DNA of 64,000 nt from Eutreptiella sp. 'Long Island Sound 2002' (Eukaryota > Protista > Euglenida). Shown here piece by piece: positions 12,601 through 26,085 of this stretch (its first letter is position 1; every line of letters starts with the position of its first letter). Under the pieces are notes generated by a model. The model saw only the letters and a list, made by a program, of their open reading frames with translations. It ran no database searches and was not told where the DNA came from. The stretch lies in NCBI GenBank assembly GCA_964036045.1, contig OZ038378.1, positions 28,148,001-28,212,000 of the forward strand. Reading direction: 5' to 3'. Position numbers and translations under genes: made by a program.

Positions 12601-13699
12601 TCCTTGGCGTCCTTGGCGTCCCGGATTTCCTCACTAAGCTGCAGGCACTCTATGCGGTACCCGGGAACAAGGTGGAAGCTCACGCACAACCGCTCCTTTC
12701 CCTAGCCAAAGCCCACCAGCCCGGGGCCAAGGCATACGGAAATATCTTTGGCATGAGGACGACCGCCGCACTGGTTGGCGTGGCCAAGTCGCTATGGTTG
12801 ACATGCCCACCCATACAGGCATCCAATGGTACGCACTGATTTGGCCCGTTACATCGAAGTCATTGAGTCCCGGTACGAGAACAACAAATTGCACGACTAG
12901 AAGACAAAGGCATGGGAATCTGTCATTGTGCTCATGGAGAAGCCTAGTATGGTTAACACCCACTATGGAGGCTTCGCGAGGCGCTTGACCATGCTGGACG
13001 ATGTGACTGCCCGAGCCACGCAGAGCCACCTAGTGGTCAACCGAAACGAGTCCTTCTGTTTGGCTCTCGTCGGGTTAACCTCATCACCCAATTCCTACTA
13101 GAACAAAAGCAGAGTCGCACCCAGGACAACGCGTTCCAATGGGCGCTTCGCCCAAGAACCCTCGGCACAACCCCGTTTGTTGGCATCGCCCCGCGGTCTT
13201 CACCTGCCGTGCTGATTGCAGGGCTACAGGACACACTGCTCGCACGTCAGCACAACCCAGAGCCGAAGCCCAACCTGCCGGGACGTCACGTCCTCATGAT
13301 TCACGACCTCGGATCTGTGACGGAAGACCCCCTAATGTCCGCTCGTGTACAAATGACGCACCTCCTCCTCACCCCAGTCACCCTCACCACACAAATGCTA
13401 TGGCAGCGTGTGGCCATCATGACAATCGATGAGTTAGTTTAGGCCTCTCTCTTCGCCTCCTCCACCGAGTGCACGTACCTGGGCAGTAGCTCCTTGCCCC
13501 CTCAGTGGTCGGTCACCCTCGCTAGCACCCGTCACAACGGAACTCCGGTAGTACACAACAGCCATATTTGCGGTGTGACAGCCCCTCCAACCCCGAAGCA
13601 GCAACCATCCCATTTGACGGGCTGAGGCAAACACGGTAAGAAGCGCTGAGCACAAACCCACCCACTCCTGAAGATTCGCACCGAGCCTTGGCAAGCCCT

Positions 13700-14110
13700 C
13701 CCCCTGGTCACAGAGACGATGTGGTCGTGTACACGGGCCGGGCATGCAGCCGCCGGCCATCACCTTAGCGCCCCCCGTGGCAACGGGCGCCGTGCGAGGC
13801 TCAGAGATAGCGCCTTTTCGAGGGGTGGCACGCCACGGACTCCATCTGCTCCGGATCATCCCCAGAACCGTCATACCGTTTGTCCAGCTGATCGCGGTCA
13901 GTGTCTCCCTGGTATCTGCCCTTCCCCTTAGAGACGCTGCCACCACCCTCCCCGGACGTCTGCATGAACTCCTTGCTAACTTCCCGTTTGATCACGTGGA
14001 CGGCGCTAGTCCGCCATGTCATTAGGTAGCCCGCTGGGTGTGCAGCACCCTCCACCTACCTTGTCCCCCTCATCCAAGAGCCTCCGTGTGCCCTTAATGC
14101 CATGCTGCGG
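13700..14110 (+). pseudogene. RNase H-like domain remnant of the LINE
   Basis: DDVVVYTGRACS is two substitutions from VVVYTDGAC. It is followed, with frameshifts, by VQLIAVSVSL (AEL.A..AL-like) and a WV..H-like segment. Confidence 0.55.
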
Positions 14111-14849
14111 GAGGTTGTACCCACTGCAACTTGCGGAGCCTCTGCCCCTGCAAGAGAAACCCTTCCGCGACGCGGCGTCGGCCTAACTACACCCCTCGCT
14201 ATGGCGCCCTCTCGCCCTCTACCCTCCTCGCCTCTTGCAACTTCGTCCTCCGTTGTGTCAGTATGTGGCTCTCCAGTGTCCGCGACAGTCTGCACTGCCG
14301 ACCTTTTGCGTGGGGCCACTTGTTCTCTCCTCCCCTTCTCACCCCAACGGGTGAACCGCTCTGGTTCTAGAATCCCCTAGCCCCCTACATTTGTGTCCTA
14401 GCAGGGCTGCTGAACTACCCTGCAGCTACCAACGAAAGCTCGACGCATGGTTCTTGGTCTGCTCCCTGATGCCTGCCTCCCTAGCCATCATCGCCACGCA
14501 CTGTTCCTACTGCGGCCAGCCTGAACGCCACAATGCCTCGGTCTACAACCTATCCTGTACTGACGCTTTCCCGTCCGCATTTTTCACGGCGCCACAGCCT
14601 TTGAGCACCTACTACCGGCGAGCAGTCGCTCATTGCTCCGTCTGCTCAATTAGCGGGACAACGACCCCTACGATGGTCCCCGTATCACTTGTCACGGGGC
14701 ACGTGTCCTGCTTCTGCTCAGTAGTCCGCCCAATCCTGCCGTCCCCAGCTTCAGCAGTGGACAAGTGGCTTGAAGACCCCCCCCCCCCCCCCGCCACCAA
14801 CCCCACCCTGGTGTACTGCAACAGCCTCAGTGGGTTAGAAACGGATGGC

Positions 14850-15460
14850 TGCAGACTTTGAGAACCACCTCCTGGCCATGGACGTGGTCTACGGGCTTTA
14901 CTCAGACCTAGGATACTGACGGCATTTGCAACTACGTCCCCCGCCACTACGGCTCTGTAGTGAGCGCCACTCAAAGTCCCAGCACGGGTTTCGTTATAGT
15001 GTGGGCCTGGTCCTTGGTCAAAGGCCCCAGCATGCCTCACGTAGCGATGGATTGCCGCGATTGGCTAGCCGTGATGATCGAAACCTCGAATTCGGAGCCC
15101 TCCTCCTAGTCTCCGTTCACCTGCGGCCCCATTACATCTTCGCCTAGCAAAAGCAGGTCATCCGGGACATCGAGGTCCTGATCACCCTACTCGGCCCTCA
15201 AGCCATCATTGCTGCTGTGTATTTTAACTGCGAGGCCTTGGGCGACCACTTCCCCTGGTATTATGCTTTGCGCAACAAGGATCTCTTCGGCAACAACCAT
15301 CTCCTTCACCCACCAGGCAGCCCCGCCAACGGGACGATAGTCAATGGCTAGCGCCGCAGCACCAATATCAACAACATCATGAGGTCGGCGAATGTTCCAT
15401 CCCGCAACCCCGCCTTGCGGCCCCCCCTTAGCACACACATGTGCTCAGTAACCACCATGG
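14850..15460 (+). pseudogene. APE-type endonuclease remnant of the LINE
   Basis: One frame with two TAG stops: LLLVSVHLRP, IIAAVYFNC (GDFN-like), STNINNIMRS (S.ID.I-like), PPLSTH..SV (SDH-like). Confidence 0.65.
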
Positions 15461-15599
15461 ATGGTTAGGACGGGGCCTCGCAGCCTTTCCATTGGAAGCC
15501 GTCCCGGTGGCGCCTCCTTGACTCAACGGCTACCCACGGCTTGTCCTCACTGGTGGGTGCAATATGGGCTTGGCCGACCCTGTATCCCAGTCCTCCGGA

Positions 15600-16720
15600 C
15601 CTGTACATACTCGGGATGTGGCGCTACGCCTCCGCCGTGGTGCCCAAGCCCCCTTCATCTACAAACACCACACTCAACCCCCCCGCCCTCCCCTCACGCC
15701 GGACCAACTCTTTGAGACGTCGGCGACCCTCAGAGAACCAGGCGCGGCCCTATCAGCAGTAAACATCAACAACGCCACTCGTTCAGCTTTGCACCGTCCG
15801 GCCCAGCCCCTCATGGCACTGGCATGCAGCGCCCCCAACGCGCGTACAACCCTCCCAACTGCCCATGCTCGCAAAGACGAGACCGATCGACAAGTAGAAG
15901 CCCGCGTGCAATATCGGCTTTGCAATTTAGACACACATTAGCCCAGCACTTTTATGGCCGCTTATGCATCAGGGTCGTTAGGAAGGACGGCCTCTCCGAT
16001 GGCTTCACCCTAGAAAAGGGTTACTCGCGGGGCAACCCTTTTTGTGCGAAAAGCGGCCAGGCAACCTGGATCCTGACTACGCCAGCCCTCCCTTTTCCCG
16101 GGCGTATTGCCCTACCAGCGTGCCCCCCCCCCCCCCTCCGCTTTCCGGTGAACGGTGTGTGCTACAGCAACAATAGAGCCTTTTTTGAACCCTTCCCGCT
16201 TGCGATTGCGTCTTTCGCCAACGAGTGCATCCATGCCATGCAGCAAGTGGGAGGTGTTCCGAACATGGACAAGCTTGATTTCACGCTTGTGCAGTTGGGC
16301 GCCACAAATCGGCCTTTCTTGGTCCGAGAGTAGTAATCGCGCTTCAAATCTAACACCCTCTTGACCCCTCCTATTACAGTGGGCATCCCTTTAATGCACA
16401 GCATCCCGTCAAACGCCAAGCTGCAGAGCATCACCGCCACATTTTGTTTTGTGGAACACTCATTGCAAGGCAAGGCTTCACTGCCGCTGCTGGCAGTTCG
16501 GACCTTCTGCGCCTTTGCACCATCGAAGTGGGACTTTGTGTTCTCAGGAGTGTTGGCGGCTATAGAATGGGTCCAACCCCAGCAGGTTTACGTACACAAA
16601 GCCTACAGAGCGGCTTAAGCCCTGCCCCCCTGGACATGCCTTATATTCCTTTACCTCCCGCTCTAATCCGGCGGAGTTGGCTGCCCCAACCTCGTCCCAC
16701 GCAGCGTGGCTGACGTACAC
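15600..16720 (+). pseudogene. Non-LTR reverse transcriptase remnant
   Basis: AVNINNATRS (D..NAF.S-like), GFTLEKGYSRGNPF (G..QG.P-like) and VCYSNN (YADD-like) occur in the expected order across frameshifts. Confidence 0.7.
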
Positions 16721-18459
16721 CCACGCGTCTTTGAGCCACAACCGCCTTTCCCGCTCGGCGGCTCCTTACTTGCTCACCACCTAGGCCCCCTTCTCCGAGG
16801 GCCAAGCCCTATGCAGTGCCACCACAGAACTGCGAGTGTGAATACACACCCATCCATTCCTTTTCCCACAGGAAGCTGTTATTCACAACGCACACACCAG
16901 CGACCATCACCTGCCCGGCGTCCTGTGGATAATCACTGATGGGGCACTGACCGTCTCGGCCGTCGGGGGGGGGGGGGGGGGGGGTTCTTTTACCACCTGA
17001 GCTTTGGCTTCCTGCCGCAATGCTTCTTCGGATTCCTAGTAACAACTGCCACCTTTGCAGATGCCCAGTGGCTCCCCAAACTGGTCGCCATTTACATGCT
17101 CCGCAATTGGCTAGGCAATGCTCATTTCATCGCGGACGCCACAGCGGCTCTCCATGGCTCACACACCAACTCCCCACTCCTGTCCACATACACCAACCAC
17201 ATGTAGCGGCAGATCGTCACAGCCACCGCCAGCTTCGAAGAGTGCTGGCTACAGGCTCAACACGACACGGGTCACACGCACACCGTCGCGAGCTTGCAGA
17301 GCTTGGCGCTCCATCCGGCGTTGCGCGGTGCCACTCAAACGCGACCCATTGACGTGCTCCTCCTCCACCTCTTCTCTTGGGCGGCGGTCGCCACAAGCTC
17401 ATGCCGAATACTGTTCAACACCCCCCTTGGTGTCGAACAGTAGCACGCCCATGCCCCGGTTCAGGCCTCACATCGCGACGTGGGCTGAAGCTCAACATGT
17501 TGGTCAGCGGCCATTTTCACCCTCCTCTACGTGGAGTCCGGTTTTACTCGCCATGGACTCACCACAGCAATTCGCCTCCAAGCCCTCTTGTACCCCCCCC
17601 CCCCCCTCGCACAGTGCACTACTACTCTTCTGATTTCTGCAAAGCACAGGTCGACCAACCGTGGAGACACGTGATGCACTTATGCTGCATCTTCTTCACG
17701 GGATGCATGTGAGCAATGCTACGGCTCATTGCCCTCTTTCCCAAATTGTCAGGATTTCACATCCTCGACGGCAGAGCGCTCATTCTCCCAGAACACCATC
17801 AAGAGGTTGCCATAGCCTTAGAATCAGGTCCACGCCCTTCCCCCTATGACCCCGTATAGAGCTGCAGTCTTTTCCCCCCCGGGTGTGGAGGTATGCACAG
17901 GCCGTGACGGGCACGTCAAGGGTCACATATGCCATGAAGCTGCGCGCCTTGTTCTTCAAACCATGGCGGACAGCACCCGGAACCTCACCAACCTCTTCAT
18001 GGTCCTCCACACGAAGGAGTTTCCCCTTCACGTCCCGCCTTCCTTGAAACCCCAAATACACACATAGCACCCATACATCACGCTCCCCCTTTCAGCGGCC
18101 GTGGTTGCCTGATGGGCAACGTGTCATTTGCAGGATTGGGTCATGGTTTCCAACGGTCTCCTGCCCTTACCCATGCCCCCCCCATTGCCCCCTCCCTGAA
18201 ACAAGGGGGCCCCTCTAGTTTCAGTACACGTCATGCCTCGCCGCCGCCTGCGGGCCGTGGTTGGGCCGGTAGTATTGCTGGCCGGGCCTTTTGATGTCCA
18301 CCAAGTCAGGAGCGCCATGGGGCGCGACCTCACCGCCGTGGACATTTGACAGTATGTTCTATTGTGGGACTCGTCCGTCGTAAGCACTTGCTATGGCAAA
18401 ATCGTATCTGCCGTGTATATCCCCTTCCTTTTAGCGAACAACAACAACAAGCAAGCACT

Positions 18460-19330
18460 TCAGTTTTCCGTTTTGGCCCTCGCTCCGTCCCAACGCCTCA
18501 AATCCTTGCCTAATGTGGCCAACCTAGACCCTAGGTGGTGCCCTTGCAAAATCCAAATTTTGAGCCAAAAACTCACCAATGGCACCCTGGGGCAGTGGCG
18601 CCAAGTTGGGCGGTGTCCTCCCAAAACTCGGCGTTTTGTGTCCAATAAGCGGTTGTTTTGGCCCCACAACGGCCCTGAAACGCATTGAAAGCGCCCAAAC
18701 GAAGGGAAACGGTTGCTACATTCCACATGCGCCTTGACTTCCACGTGAGCCCTTTGTTGCCCTCTCTTGTCTGAGAAACAGCCCCAAAATGGGTACTTGG
18801 TGGAGCTAGAGGGAAGCCCGGGCCGAGCACGTTCGGGACCAACGGTGGCCGGGACGAAAAAAAAGGCCTTTTGCAAAGCTATTTGCAGACCACTTGGGAT
18901 GCTCAAACTAGTATATTTGGCCCCTTTTGAGCCCATAGCGATTTGGCCCGTGGAAAATCCCAAGATGCCTTGAAAATGGGCCGTTTTGGGGCCAGCGGTC
19001 GATCAAAAATGGGTCAAAAAGGCTTTCTTTCCAATTGTGGTCCTGGATTATTTTTCGTTGACAAACCAGTGAAACTAGCACATTTTGAGCCTGTTTGGAG
19101 GCATTTTGGCCCATCTAAGGTGCTAAAAAGTCTGGAAAATGGGCGATTGGGTAAACAAAAATGCATCAAAGCTCGGTGAAAATGTGGCTTTCCAGAAGTG
19201 ATCTTGTGCTCAAACGGGACAATGGGGCCCATTTTCAGCCCATTGTGACCCATTTTTACGCATTTCGCAGCATGTCTATGCACCAAGTTGTACACTTCTC
19301 ATGTACCTTAGAGCCGTATTGTGGAGCCAC
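18460..19330. repeat. Fragment related to the T/A-tract-rich TIR-element family seen at 22.5-24.4 kb and 52-56 kb
   Basis: Blocks such as AAAATGGGTCAAAAA, TTTTGGCCC and CAAAATGGG are shared with the larger copies. Confidence 0.6.
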
Positions 19331-19361
19331 GTAAAGTTGGGGAGAGGGGTGTAGATTCACG

Positions 19362-19388
<27 letters not shown>
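19362..19388. repeat. (GT)n microsatellite
   Basis: Direct reading. Confidence 0.95.
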
Positions 19389-19392
<4 letters not shown>

Positions 19393-19619
19393 GTGTACCA
19401 CATATGGTGTACCATGTGTTGATCTTACTGAATGTACGGACCAACTGGCTGCCGATCTCCCACTGTTGCACCCACACTTGCAGCACTTAATGTGGCCCGA
19501 GACCGGTTTAGCACTACGCACCACTCATCTCTTTGCTGTAGTTCATTTCAGGCACGCACTGCCTCATGATTGTAGATAAGGGTGTGGGTGCGCCATGCGC
19601 CTTTTGCAAACACTAGGAA

Positions 19620-21100
19620 TGGTCGGTGCTAGACGTGTCCCTAGCCGCTGAGGGATACATGGCATCTTCTTTGTCCGCCCCACAAGCCTCGTCCCACATT
19701 CGGTCAAAGATAGGTAAGACAGGGTGGGGAGCAAACACGTCAGATGAGATGCTCTTGTTGTACTTGTTGGGCAAGTACGAATCGCTCCTGCGGCACCAAT
19801 GGCTATGGCGTAGAATTACCTCCCTCCCCCAACCCGTACTAGTGGTACACGTACGAGTGGTACAGAACTGGTCTGCGCTGCAGTGCAGCAAGGCAAAACA
19901 CTGAACTGTGTGGTGATGACCATGCGCCTGTGACACGGGGGCGTATGCGAGCCCAGTATCCGTTGCCTCACGGCCCAACCTGTACTCCCGAAAAAAAAAA
20001 AAGCACTGTGTGTGGCCGCAACAGCCAACAACGAGTTTTTGAAACTTCTCAATAATGAAGCGCCTTGCTATTTTCTGGCACAACACACCTCTGATGATAG
20101 CAAGTGGTTCCAGTGGTTTAACAGGATCAATGAAAAATATTCCTAAGGTTGACCAATTGAATAACATTCACCCCGCAGTGGTTGCCGACCACCTTCAAAA
20201 AGCCTTTGACTGGCTCGCCACGGGGAAAAAATTGAGAATGGCTGAGGTGGAATGGTCCATACACAAAGACACGAAAATCTTGGATAGACCAGAGAAATTT
20301 TGGTACCTCACCTACACATGCATGTGGGATGCAATTAGCTTTGAGATGCACTGCAACAATCTTATCCTCCCCCTCGGTAGTTTATGGTATTGTCATGGGT
20401 GTATCCCCATAGCGATGTCTTTTTTCCGCCCAAGCGGCGGACCTACACAACCTGTGGGGCGTATACAGCAACATGCACGTGTTTTGTCGGCTGGGTACGT
20501 TACACATTCCAGAATCCAGCTTTCCGTTTTGGGAGTCACCACACCAGATTATCAGCCTATGCCAAATTCAGGATAATATACTAGTAGCATCTAGTAGCAA
20601 AGATACCCCCTTCATTCCCATCATACAGACGGTATGCGGCATCCGACATAAACGTTGGAACCTGCATGAACTGTGTGAATGCATGTTAGCCGTGGGGGAC
20701 CTCTGCCTCCATGTTTGCCACACACCGTCCACGGCGGCATAGGGGTTTGCACTGGGGCGCCACGTCTCAGGTGTGGAAGTCACCTACCTCCAAAGCATTG
20801 CGTTGGACTAGGAGTGGAACCGCAAGTCAGGCCCTGCCCTCCTATTGCCGTCCCTCTCATACCCTGCGTACCGGGTGAATATCGTCACAGGCGCCATGAA
20901 ATAACGCCTGGCCTGGGAATTGCTCTCACTTGCCGTGTGGTTCCGGATGGCACTGCTCACGGGGTACCAAAGAAAACACGTGGGCAAGGCAGCGCATTTG
21001 GCCGTCACCACGGCGCTCGCCACCAGTCCGAACACCCCGTCACCAACAGTCTGTTATATGTTATATGTACTCCCTCCTTCCCAACCTCCCCATGCCTCAG
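19620..21100 (+). pseudogene. Degenerate reverse transcriptase, Penelope-like by motif
   Basis: YGIVMGVSP (GIPMG.P-like, ~20383-20409) and LCQIQDNILV (Y.DD/DN-like, ~20555-20585) fall in one frame. A ~130-bp nucleotide-level sister of 19858-19990 lies at 35665-35795. Confidence 0.45.
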
Positions 21101-22121
21101 TGCTGTCACTTGTTGTTTCGTGCTATGTGGATCAGAAACCACGCACACTAGGCGGTGCACACTAGGCGGGGGACAAATGTTGCAGCTGGTTCCTCACGCC
21201 TGCCCTCTCACCAAATGGAATATCAGGACAGTGGTGCCCTCACTGGACCCTCCTCCTCGACCACGCAGCCACAGTGCACCACCATGACCAGTGGGAGGAT
21301 GTGTGTGTCTGTTTGTGAGCAGGTGGGTATACCTATTTCCAGAGCTTTGCACTGCAACAGCAGTGGTCATGCAAGTAGCGCTGCGTGCAAATTTTCCAGC
21401 CGCACCAACCCATGCCACTTAGGGCCTATCATTTAGAGAGGACATATGTGACCAGCAGCGATGGCTATGCATCCTCCAGTTGTACCCTTGTTGCAGAAAG
21501 GACCTTGCTTACTCTTTGTTTCAATGGCTTGATAAGTTTGTGTTGGTTATCAGTCCCATGCCCGCGTGTTTCATCCACATTGACGGTGCGTTGTCGTGGT
21601 TTGGCTCCCTAATCCCGTTCACCAAGTGTGTGTTCGTCTCAGGCGGCCCTAACCGAGCGCTTGTTGCGGACCTTGCGAGACCCCGGATGTTAGGTTTCAA
21701 ACTCATAATTTTGGGGGGATGTTTTGTACCGCACGTTGCATGTCAGAGCCTTGTCAATGTTGTGAACACCGTTGTTTCTTTGTTTGCTTAGTGGTGTGTT
21801 GCTTGATATGCTGTGTTGTACGCGCTGCTGTGACCCGATTGGTAATTGTAATGTGTGTAGTGTGTTTGTGTACATGTAAGCACTGCTGAACTATACACTC
21901 TTCGCATCATGTATGTAGCCCTTGTAAAACAGTGAAATGAAAAAAGAATGAACTTTGGCTCATTCTTTTGGCCGAACTTGGAACCACACCTCTGTATATG
22001 AGTGTTCTTGGAAAAGAATAAGCCAAAGGTCATTCTTTTGGCCAAGTTCTTGTTTGCACACCCCATATAGTGCCGTCACAGCAGGCTGCTTCTGAGTTAG
22101 ACGAGACATATCACATTTGTT

Positions 22122-25100
22122 GTGGCAATCCCCGAAAGGGTTCCACCACCAAGTTGCAGGGGTAGTACATGGACTATATTCTTTGTGGGCTATGGACTAT
22201 TGGCTATGCGTTGGGCTATATACATTGGCAAGGTATCTGTCCTCCACAATCTTGCCTTGTCATTTTCCACGTGCATACTTATTTGTAGATCAAGGCCCTT
22301 CCTATGCCTGTCTGCTGCTCAAGTGTGGCTTCGTGGTGACAATATGGATGCAACGCCCTTCGTCGCCTTCCTGGCTGGCAACACAGACGGGACCAAGGAT
22401 GATTTTCTAGATGCTGTTATTTCTGGGGTTCAGCCGGGGGGGTTTCTTTCCTTTGCTTTGTCACTTCGTTTAAACACAAATACCCGCCCATGAGGGGGAC
22501 CTCTCCGCGGTTCTGGTACGCGACACCCCCCCCCCCCCCTCCCTGCCCTCTGGGCCCAATTAGTTGCCAAGGGTCAACAGCCACTGGCCATACATATGGT
22601 GGCGGCGAAGGCGCCCGAAAGTTTCTTTTTCATTCCCCTTGCCCATTTTGTCCACTTTGCACCCCAACACTATCCTTGAACCCAACCTTGACTCTAATGG
22701 CCACCCCAACCCTCAGCTTACTCCTAACCCTACCCCCTAACCTTACCCTTGACCCTAATCCAGACTGAATACTGGGACCGAGCTGGTGGGGGAGGGAACA
22801 TCAGCTATGACTGGTGAGGGACATTAAGAATGAATCACACATTGATGGCTCTTGACAAAGTGAAATCAGCTTGCAAGTGAACCCCGTCACCACGAGGCCC
22901 ACTTTCAAGGCTTTTTGGACTTCTGAGCGGCCAAAATACCCCAAAATGGGCTCAAAATGGGCTCATTTCACCCGTTTGTGCACCCTAAATGGTCTAGGAT
23001 GAGGTTTGGAAAAATGCGTTTTTGACCCATTTTTGACCCATTTTTGGTCCCAAAACAGCCCATTTTCAAGGCATTTTGGGATTTTTGGAGAACCAAAATG
23101 GGCCACCACCCGCTCAAAACGGTCCAAAAACACTTGTTTTAGCGTCGCACATGTCAATGGTCTAGGATCATTTTTGAGAAAAGTCATCCTTTTGCCCCTA
23201 TTGGACCCTGTTGACCCATTTGGGCACCCACCTGTTGGGGCTTGAGCTTGCAGCTTGCCGCAGCCTAGTGGGCCGAGGTATTGGGGTCTAGGCGTCCGTT
23301 TGGGCAATTCTGAGGGGTGGAAACCACAAAAAATGGGGGGTTGCGGGTGGAGTAGGTGCCCTCGGAATCGCACTTTGAGCCATGTAGCCAAATATATGGC
23401 CTATTCTTGGTTTGTGGGTGTCGGCATTTGGAGCTTCTAGGGGCCTTTTTGGGCCGTTTCCGGGACATATCATGGAGTTAGAGGGCCGCAAAGAGCTCGT
23501 TGACACGGGGAAGTCAAGCCGCACGTGGAGTGTACCCACCGTTTCCCTTCGTTTGGCCGTTTTGAATGTGTTCCAGGGCTTTTTTGACCCAAAAATGGCT
23601 GTTTTTGGCCCTAAACTGCAGTTTTTGAAACTGAGGTCCGCCACTTGCGAATCGTGTTCCCGGCCGCTACGGTTGAGTTTCTCGCTCAAACTTTGTGTTA
23701 TTGTACTTCACACCCATAGGTATCATGCACCAAAATTTCAACCAAATCGAAAGCACCACGATGGAGGTCTCATTTTCCCCCATTTCGCGTGTGCTGCTTG
23801 CTTGCTGCTTGCTGCTTGCTTGCTTGCTGCTTGCTGCTGCTAAACCTGGTAGGTCCACCCTAGACACTAAAAAGGGTTATAAAACCAAGACTGGTTCCAC
23901 CAGCTCGGTGACCCTAACCTTAACCCTAGCCTTAACCCTAACCGTAACCCTAACTCTAACCCTAGCCCTGCCCCTAGCCCTAGCTCTCACCCTAGACTCA
24001 GGTTACAGTTAATGTTGGGGTCCAAAATGGAGAGCAATGATGTGGCAAAAGCAGCCATGCTCGAAATTTGGGGGATCTTATGCAACCCAATTAACATGGA
24101 TGGCATGGCCAAACCAACTGGCTGCAAAGGTTAGCGTTAGGTTTATGGTGATGGTATGGTTAGATTGAGGGCAAGGGGAGGTAAGGGGAGCTTGTGCCCC
24201 CCTCCCCCCCCACCACCCCAAATTGCCCCACCTGGAACGCCCCCCAAGCGACCCTCCCAACCCTCCCCCCCCCTCCTATTGTCCCTCCCTGAACTCCCCT
24301 CCAATCCCCCACCCATGGGGGCCTCTGGCCCACTTCTACTGGGGGGGGGGGAGTTGCGTATAAAAGCGAGGAGACATCCCCCCCGTGTACCCGCCCTACA
24401 CCGAAGATGTTTCTTAGGCACCTTAAGTTGTTGCGCAGCGGCAAGCGCACAGCTAGGTGGTTGGGTCCAGCCGCTCAGGAGGCTTATAATTTGTACCGTC
24501 TAATGTTGTTACGTTGTCGTCCTTGTGCGGACTTGTTTCGGCACGACGAGCAAGTTTCTCCCACTCGGAGCGTTCGAAGCAAGCTGGCACGCTCTAGTTT
24601 ATGTGCCCCACGTGCACCTACTCTTGCAACTAGGGCACAGGACTGATCGCGGCTTTGTGGGCCTATATGAAAGGCCCCATATTTGTTTTATGGTTTGATA
24701 CCTTCTATTGTCGCCGGTTCCACCCCACCCCACATGAGTCAAACACATCACTTAATTGTACGGCAATTGTTGTAGCTCCCGTTAGCAAGGCAATTGGGTT
24801 TTTTTGGCGGTTTCCAGCCCTTCCCGCACTTCAAGCTTCTACTACCCAGGTGGACAAGTTGTTGACGGTCTTCGTGTCAGCACTGTCTGACCTGATAGAC
24901 GACGAGATGCCCCCCCTATACATCCGTTGTCCGTTGGATGTTCGACGAACCGCTGTGCACAGCACCCAATGGCATCCCTTCATGCTTTGAGAACTTTAGC
25001 CAGGAACTCAGTCACATCTGCTTGGACAGGTATTAGCTGTGTCTCAAATACAGGACCACACTTCCCATGTGCTCCCCATACTCCCATACTCACATGCTCC

Positions 25101-26085
25101 CGATACTCATCGATGAAAAGATACACTATAGTATCATGAAGATGATATATAGTGTCTCATACCATGAGTACAATGTGGATCACAAGCTTTGTCGACCCCC
25201 CCCCCCCCCCCGGTGTGCTGTTGTTGTCCTGCAGATCTTTGCTGCACCCACTGCTTCACCGGCGGCTTCGTGCTGGCAATCCTATTTGTATTGTGGTCTT
25301 GCGGTCAAAAGCAAGGCAGCTGAGACAAAGCTGAGTGGATCTGAATCCTGTGATGGTTGGAAGTGGCTGACGATCAGCCGGTATGACTCTGGCAGTACAC
25401 ATGCTTACTATAAATGGAAAGAAGTTCAAGCTGATGTCGGTTTTCCGGAAAAATCCCTGTGAAGATGCCTAATTACTTGAAAGTGGACCAGGGCGCTGTG
25501 AAGTCGCCAACGACGGTTGGCCTGCTCGGTCTTTTGCTGAAATGTTTTGGTCTCTGCCCTAAGCAGCCTGACGGGGAGAACTCCGAAGTGCCTGGTGACC
25601 TGGTCTGGATTCTAATTTGCACTTGTCTGCCTGGTCTCCCTTTTCGCTACAGTGCGGTGCCGGAACTTGTCAGTGTTGGAGTGTTGTTCACAAGGCCTAA
25701 GGCAGACTTGAAAGACTGTATCGAAACAGTCCGGGCTATATATGCCGGTGGCGACCTTTATCTAGTCAAGTGGAGAGAGTGGTACAGCAGCTTGCTGAGT
25801 GGTGTGCCCGTGGCCGTGCACAAGCCCCAGGATAAGGACGACGATGATGGGGACCTAATTTCAGAGGAGGAGGAGGAATCCACACCACGAAAGAAGACCA
25901 CACCCCGCAAAGTGAAACGTGAGGAGGAGTCAGAGTCAGAGGTAGAGGAGGTAGGTAAGAATAAGAGGAAGAAGAAGAAAGAGGGACAACAACAGAAGGA
26001 GGTAAAGGATGACAGTGATAAGGTGAAGCCAAAGGCTGGTGTGGCCCCCTTCCTTGGTCATGTCAGGACTGCTGGCAAGAAGTGA
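22122..26085 (+). pseudogene. Disrupted ORF of the above element (unknown family, acidic/basic C-terminal tail)
   Basis: ORF 22122.. joins in frame to 24396.. once the insertion and one TSD are removed. There are later stops and frameshifts (homopolymers near 24910 and 25450) and a GT-AG intron candidate at ~25031-25233. Confidence 0.55.
22489..24387. mobile_element. 1.9-kb non-autonomous TIR element with 8-bp TSD (hAT- or P-like)
   Basis: TSD TACCCGCC at 22481-22488 and 24388-24395. Ends are CATGAGGGGGACCTCTCC and GAGACATCCCCCCCGTG. No coding capacity seen. Confidence 0.9.

Larger units (their letters stand above)
10700..18452 (+). mobile_element. Degenerate non-LTR retrotransposon (LINE); 5' boundary uncertain
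   Basis: Ordered, frameshifted RNase H-, APE- and RT-like motifs (next three features) and a 3' (AAC)n tail at 18437-18450. Confidence 0.7.

Noticed and set aside
23905-23995. True telomere or chromosome end
   Set aside because: The repeats are short, degenerate and internal to a TSD-bounded element.
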